A program made the position numbers and the translations under genes. A stretch of DNA of 54,502 nucleotides from a virus (Duplodnaviria > Caudoviricetes): the IMG/VR virus record IMGVR_UViG_3300020044_001189, positions 1-54,502 of that record; one strand, written 5' to 3'. Numbering within the stretch: the first letter of the stretch is position 1; each line of letters starts with the position of its first letter. Under the pieces are notes generated by a model. It was given only the letters and a program-made list of their open reading frames with translations. It ran no database searches and was not told the DNA's origin. Of this stretch, positions 52,789 through 54,502 are shown one piece after another.

Positions 52789-54502
52789 ATGTCCAATCGC
52801 TACAAAGGCGCAGTAATTAGTGCAACGCCTCCCACTACTACGGGTGGTGAAAGTGGAGTTGCGTCTGGAGCATGGACACTAGAGCAACAGATGCAGTTGC
52901 AAGCGGCTGGATTGTGGCCTAGTCAACCGCCACCACCTTACATTGAAGCAGTATTCAGCACGTACCTTTATACAGGCAACGGCTCTACACAGACCATCGT
53001 CAATGGTATTAATTTGGCTTCTTATGGTGGAATGGTTTGGTTAAAACCAAGGTCGGAAAGCTATTCTCATAAAGTTTACGATACTATCCGTGGCGGTAAT
53101 TCACGAATTTATACAAATACTACCGATGCCGCTGGTACTGGTTATATAACTTCGTTTAACTCTAACGGGTTTTCCAAGAATTACGATTTAGGCGAAAACA
53201 CACTTGATCAAACCTACGTCTCATGGACATTCCGCAAACAGCCAAAGTTTTTTGATGTTGTGACTTATACGGGAAATGGTTTATCTAGCAATGTAATTTC
53301 TCATAACCTTGGTTCTGTGCCGGGGTTTATTATTTGCAAAAGAACTAATAGCACAAGTGGATGGGCTCTTTGGCATAGAGGAAATGGAACAACCACATGG
53401 GGTTTGTTTGCATTAAATAGTACGGCGGCGGCGAGTGCTAATTTTTCAGCCGCCCCGACTTCAACCACATTTGACGCTTATAACATTTGGGACACTGGAA
53501 ACCCCGCTAATGCTTCTGGCGGCACATACGTTGCCTACCTATTTGCCCACAACGCAGGGGGCTTTGGCCTGACTGAGACAGAAAATGTGATTTCGTGTGG
53601 GTCTTATACAGGTAATGGTTCTTCAACTGGGCCTGTAGTAAATCTAGGATATGAACCTCAGTTTATTATTTTAAAAGCGGCTTCTGGTGGAACGTCTGGA
53701 GCCCAAGACTGGAACATGATTGACAATATGCGTGGGTGGACTACATCCAGCAATCAACAGCTAAACCCCAATTTAAATGCGGCAGAAACAAGCCAAAACA
53801 ATATTGCATTGAACGCTACGGGTTTTCAACCAATAACCGCTGGCGCAGACTTTAATGGAAATGGTAACACCTACATCTACATAGCCATCCGCCGTGGCCC
53901 GATGGCTGTGCCTACTGATGCGACTAAGGTGTTTAGTCCTACTGCGGCTAATAATGCTCTAGGAACTGTAAACACAACAGGCTTCCCAATTGATATGCAG
54001 ATTATGAATATCCGCAGTGGGTATGCATCCAATGGAGTTCTTTCAACAAGACTTTTGGGTAATAGTTCTAACACCACTTCAAGTGGTACATATTTAAGAA
54101 CTCCATCCACAAACGCCGAAACTACTGGAAGCGATATTACCCGATACTGGGACAATACTGGATTTCAAACATCCTCAAATTGGGCTAGTAGTGGGATGAT
54201 TTATTGGAGTTTTGGTCGCGCGCCAAGTTGCATGGATGTGGTTTGCTATACGGGTAACAATGTTTCAGGTAGAACAATCACACATAACTTGGCGGCAGTG
54301 CCTCAGTTAATGATTGTAAAAAGCAGAACTTCCGGCACAAGAGATTGGATAGTTTATGACGCTACCAATGGTGCAACCAAATACATGAATCTTAACAATA
54401 ATTCAGCAAGCGGGGCTGGTTCGTTTTGGGTTAGTACTGCGCCAACATCAACTGTATTCACGGTAAGCGATTCAGCGTCAGTTAATGATCCAGCACAAAA
54501 TT
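52789..54502 (+). CDS. Tail fiber/receptor-binding protein, paralog of 466..2550; continues across the origin to 456 (about 682 aa; missing from ORF track)
   Basis: MSNRYKGAVIS...SGAWTLEQQ...YIEAVFSTYLYTGNG; stays in frame into the terminal repeat. Confidence 0.8.
   Translation, partial: MSNRYKGAVISATPPTTTGGESGVASGAWTLEQQMQLQAAGLWPSQPPPPYIEAVFSTYLYTGNGSTQTIVNGINLASYGGMVWLKPRSESYSHKVYDTIRGGNSRIYTNTTDAAGTGYITSFNSNGFSKNYDLGENTLDQTYVSWTFRKQPKFFDVVTYTGNGLSSNVISHNLGSVPGFIICKRTNSTSGWALWHRGNGTTTWGLFALNSTAAASANFSAAPTSTTFDAYNIWDTGNPANASGGTYVAYLFAHNAGGFGLTETENVISCGSYTGNGSSTGPVVNLGYEPQFIILKAASGGTSGAQDWNMIDNMRGWTTSSNQQLNPNLNAAETSQNNIALNATGFQPITAGADFNGNGNTYIYIAIRRGPMAVPTDATKVFSPTAANNALGTVNTTGFPIDMQIMNIRSGYASNGVLSTRLLGNSSNTTSSGTYLRTPSTNAETTGSDITRYWDNTGFQTSSNWASSGMIYWSFGRAPSCMDVVCYTGNNVSGRTITHNLAAVPQLMIVKSRTSGTRDWIVYDATNGATKYMNLNNNSASGAGSFWVSTAPTSTVFTVSDSASVNDPAQN
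54382..54502. repeat. Terminal direct repeat, copy 2
   Basis: Identical to 1-121. Confidence 0.95.

Noticed and set aside
1-54381. Alternative genetic code / stop-codon reassignment
   Set aside because: Core genes are full length under the standard code and coding density is high
54382-54502. 121-bp terminal repeat as biological phage termini
   Set aside because: It falls mid-gene and has a k-mer-like length; it is best explained as assembler overlap of a circular or permuted genome

Overview
The window is a complete, circularly assembled genome of a tailed dsDNA phage. Bases 54382-54502 repeat bases 1-121 exactly, so the unit length is 54,381 bp. Embedded spanins and a lipoprotein point to a Gram-negative host. 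The virion genes look podovirus-like: terminase, large portal, scaffold, major capsid protein, adaptor/nozzle, fibers and ejected internal proteins, with no tail tube, sheath or tape measure. The early region is lambdoid in layout (Cro-like HTH, DUF1376 initiator with iterons, RusA, Ref-like nuclease, SSB-like protein, exonuclease). I recognise no CI repressor, integrase, DNA polymerase, methyltransferase or tRNA. The most unusual signals are: (1) a non-coding array of four stem-loops just after terL, with conserved, covarying bases and unrelated inserts; (2) a recurrent [M/F/Y/L/K]-x-x-G-G peptide motif that marks module boundaries in at least nine head-region or internal proteins, including two polyvalent-type proteins with ART-like domains; (3) five tandem small genes all ending Trp-stop, four of which share a GG-to-W C-terminal tag; (4) an early-strand protein carrying a copy of the scaffold C-terminus; (5) apparent avoidance of GCWGC and CCWGG, with CCGG tolerated almost only inside CCSGG; and (6) several candidate cis-regulatory RNA and operator elements. 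All family calls come from motif recognition by eye, not from database searches.
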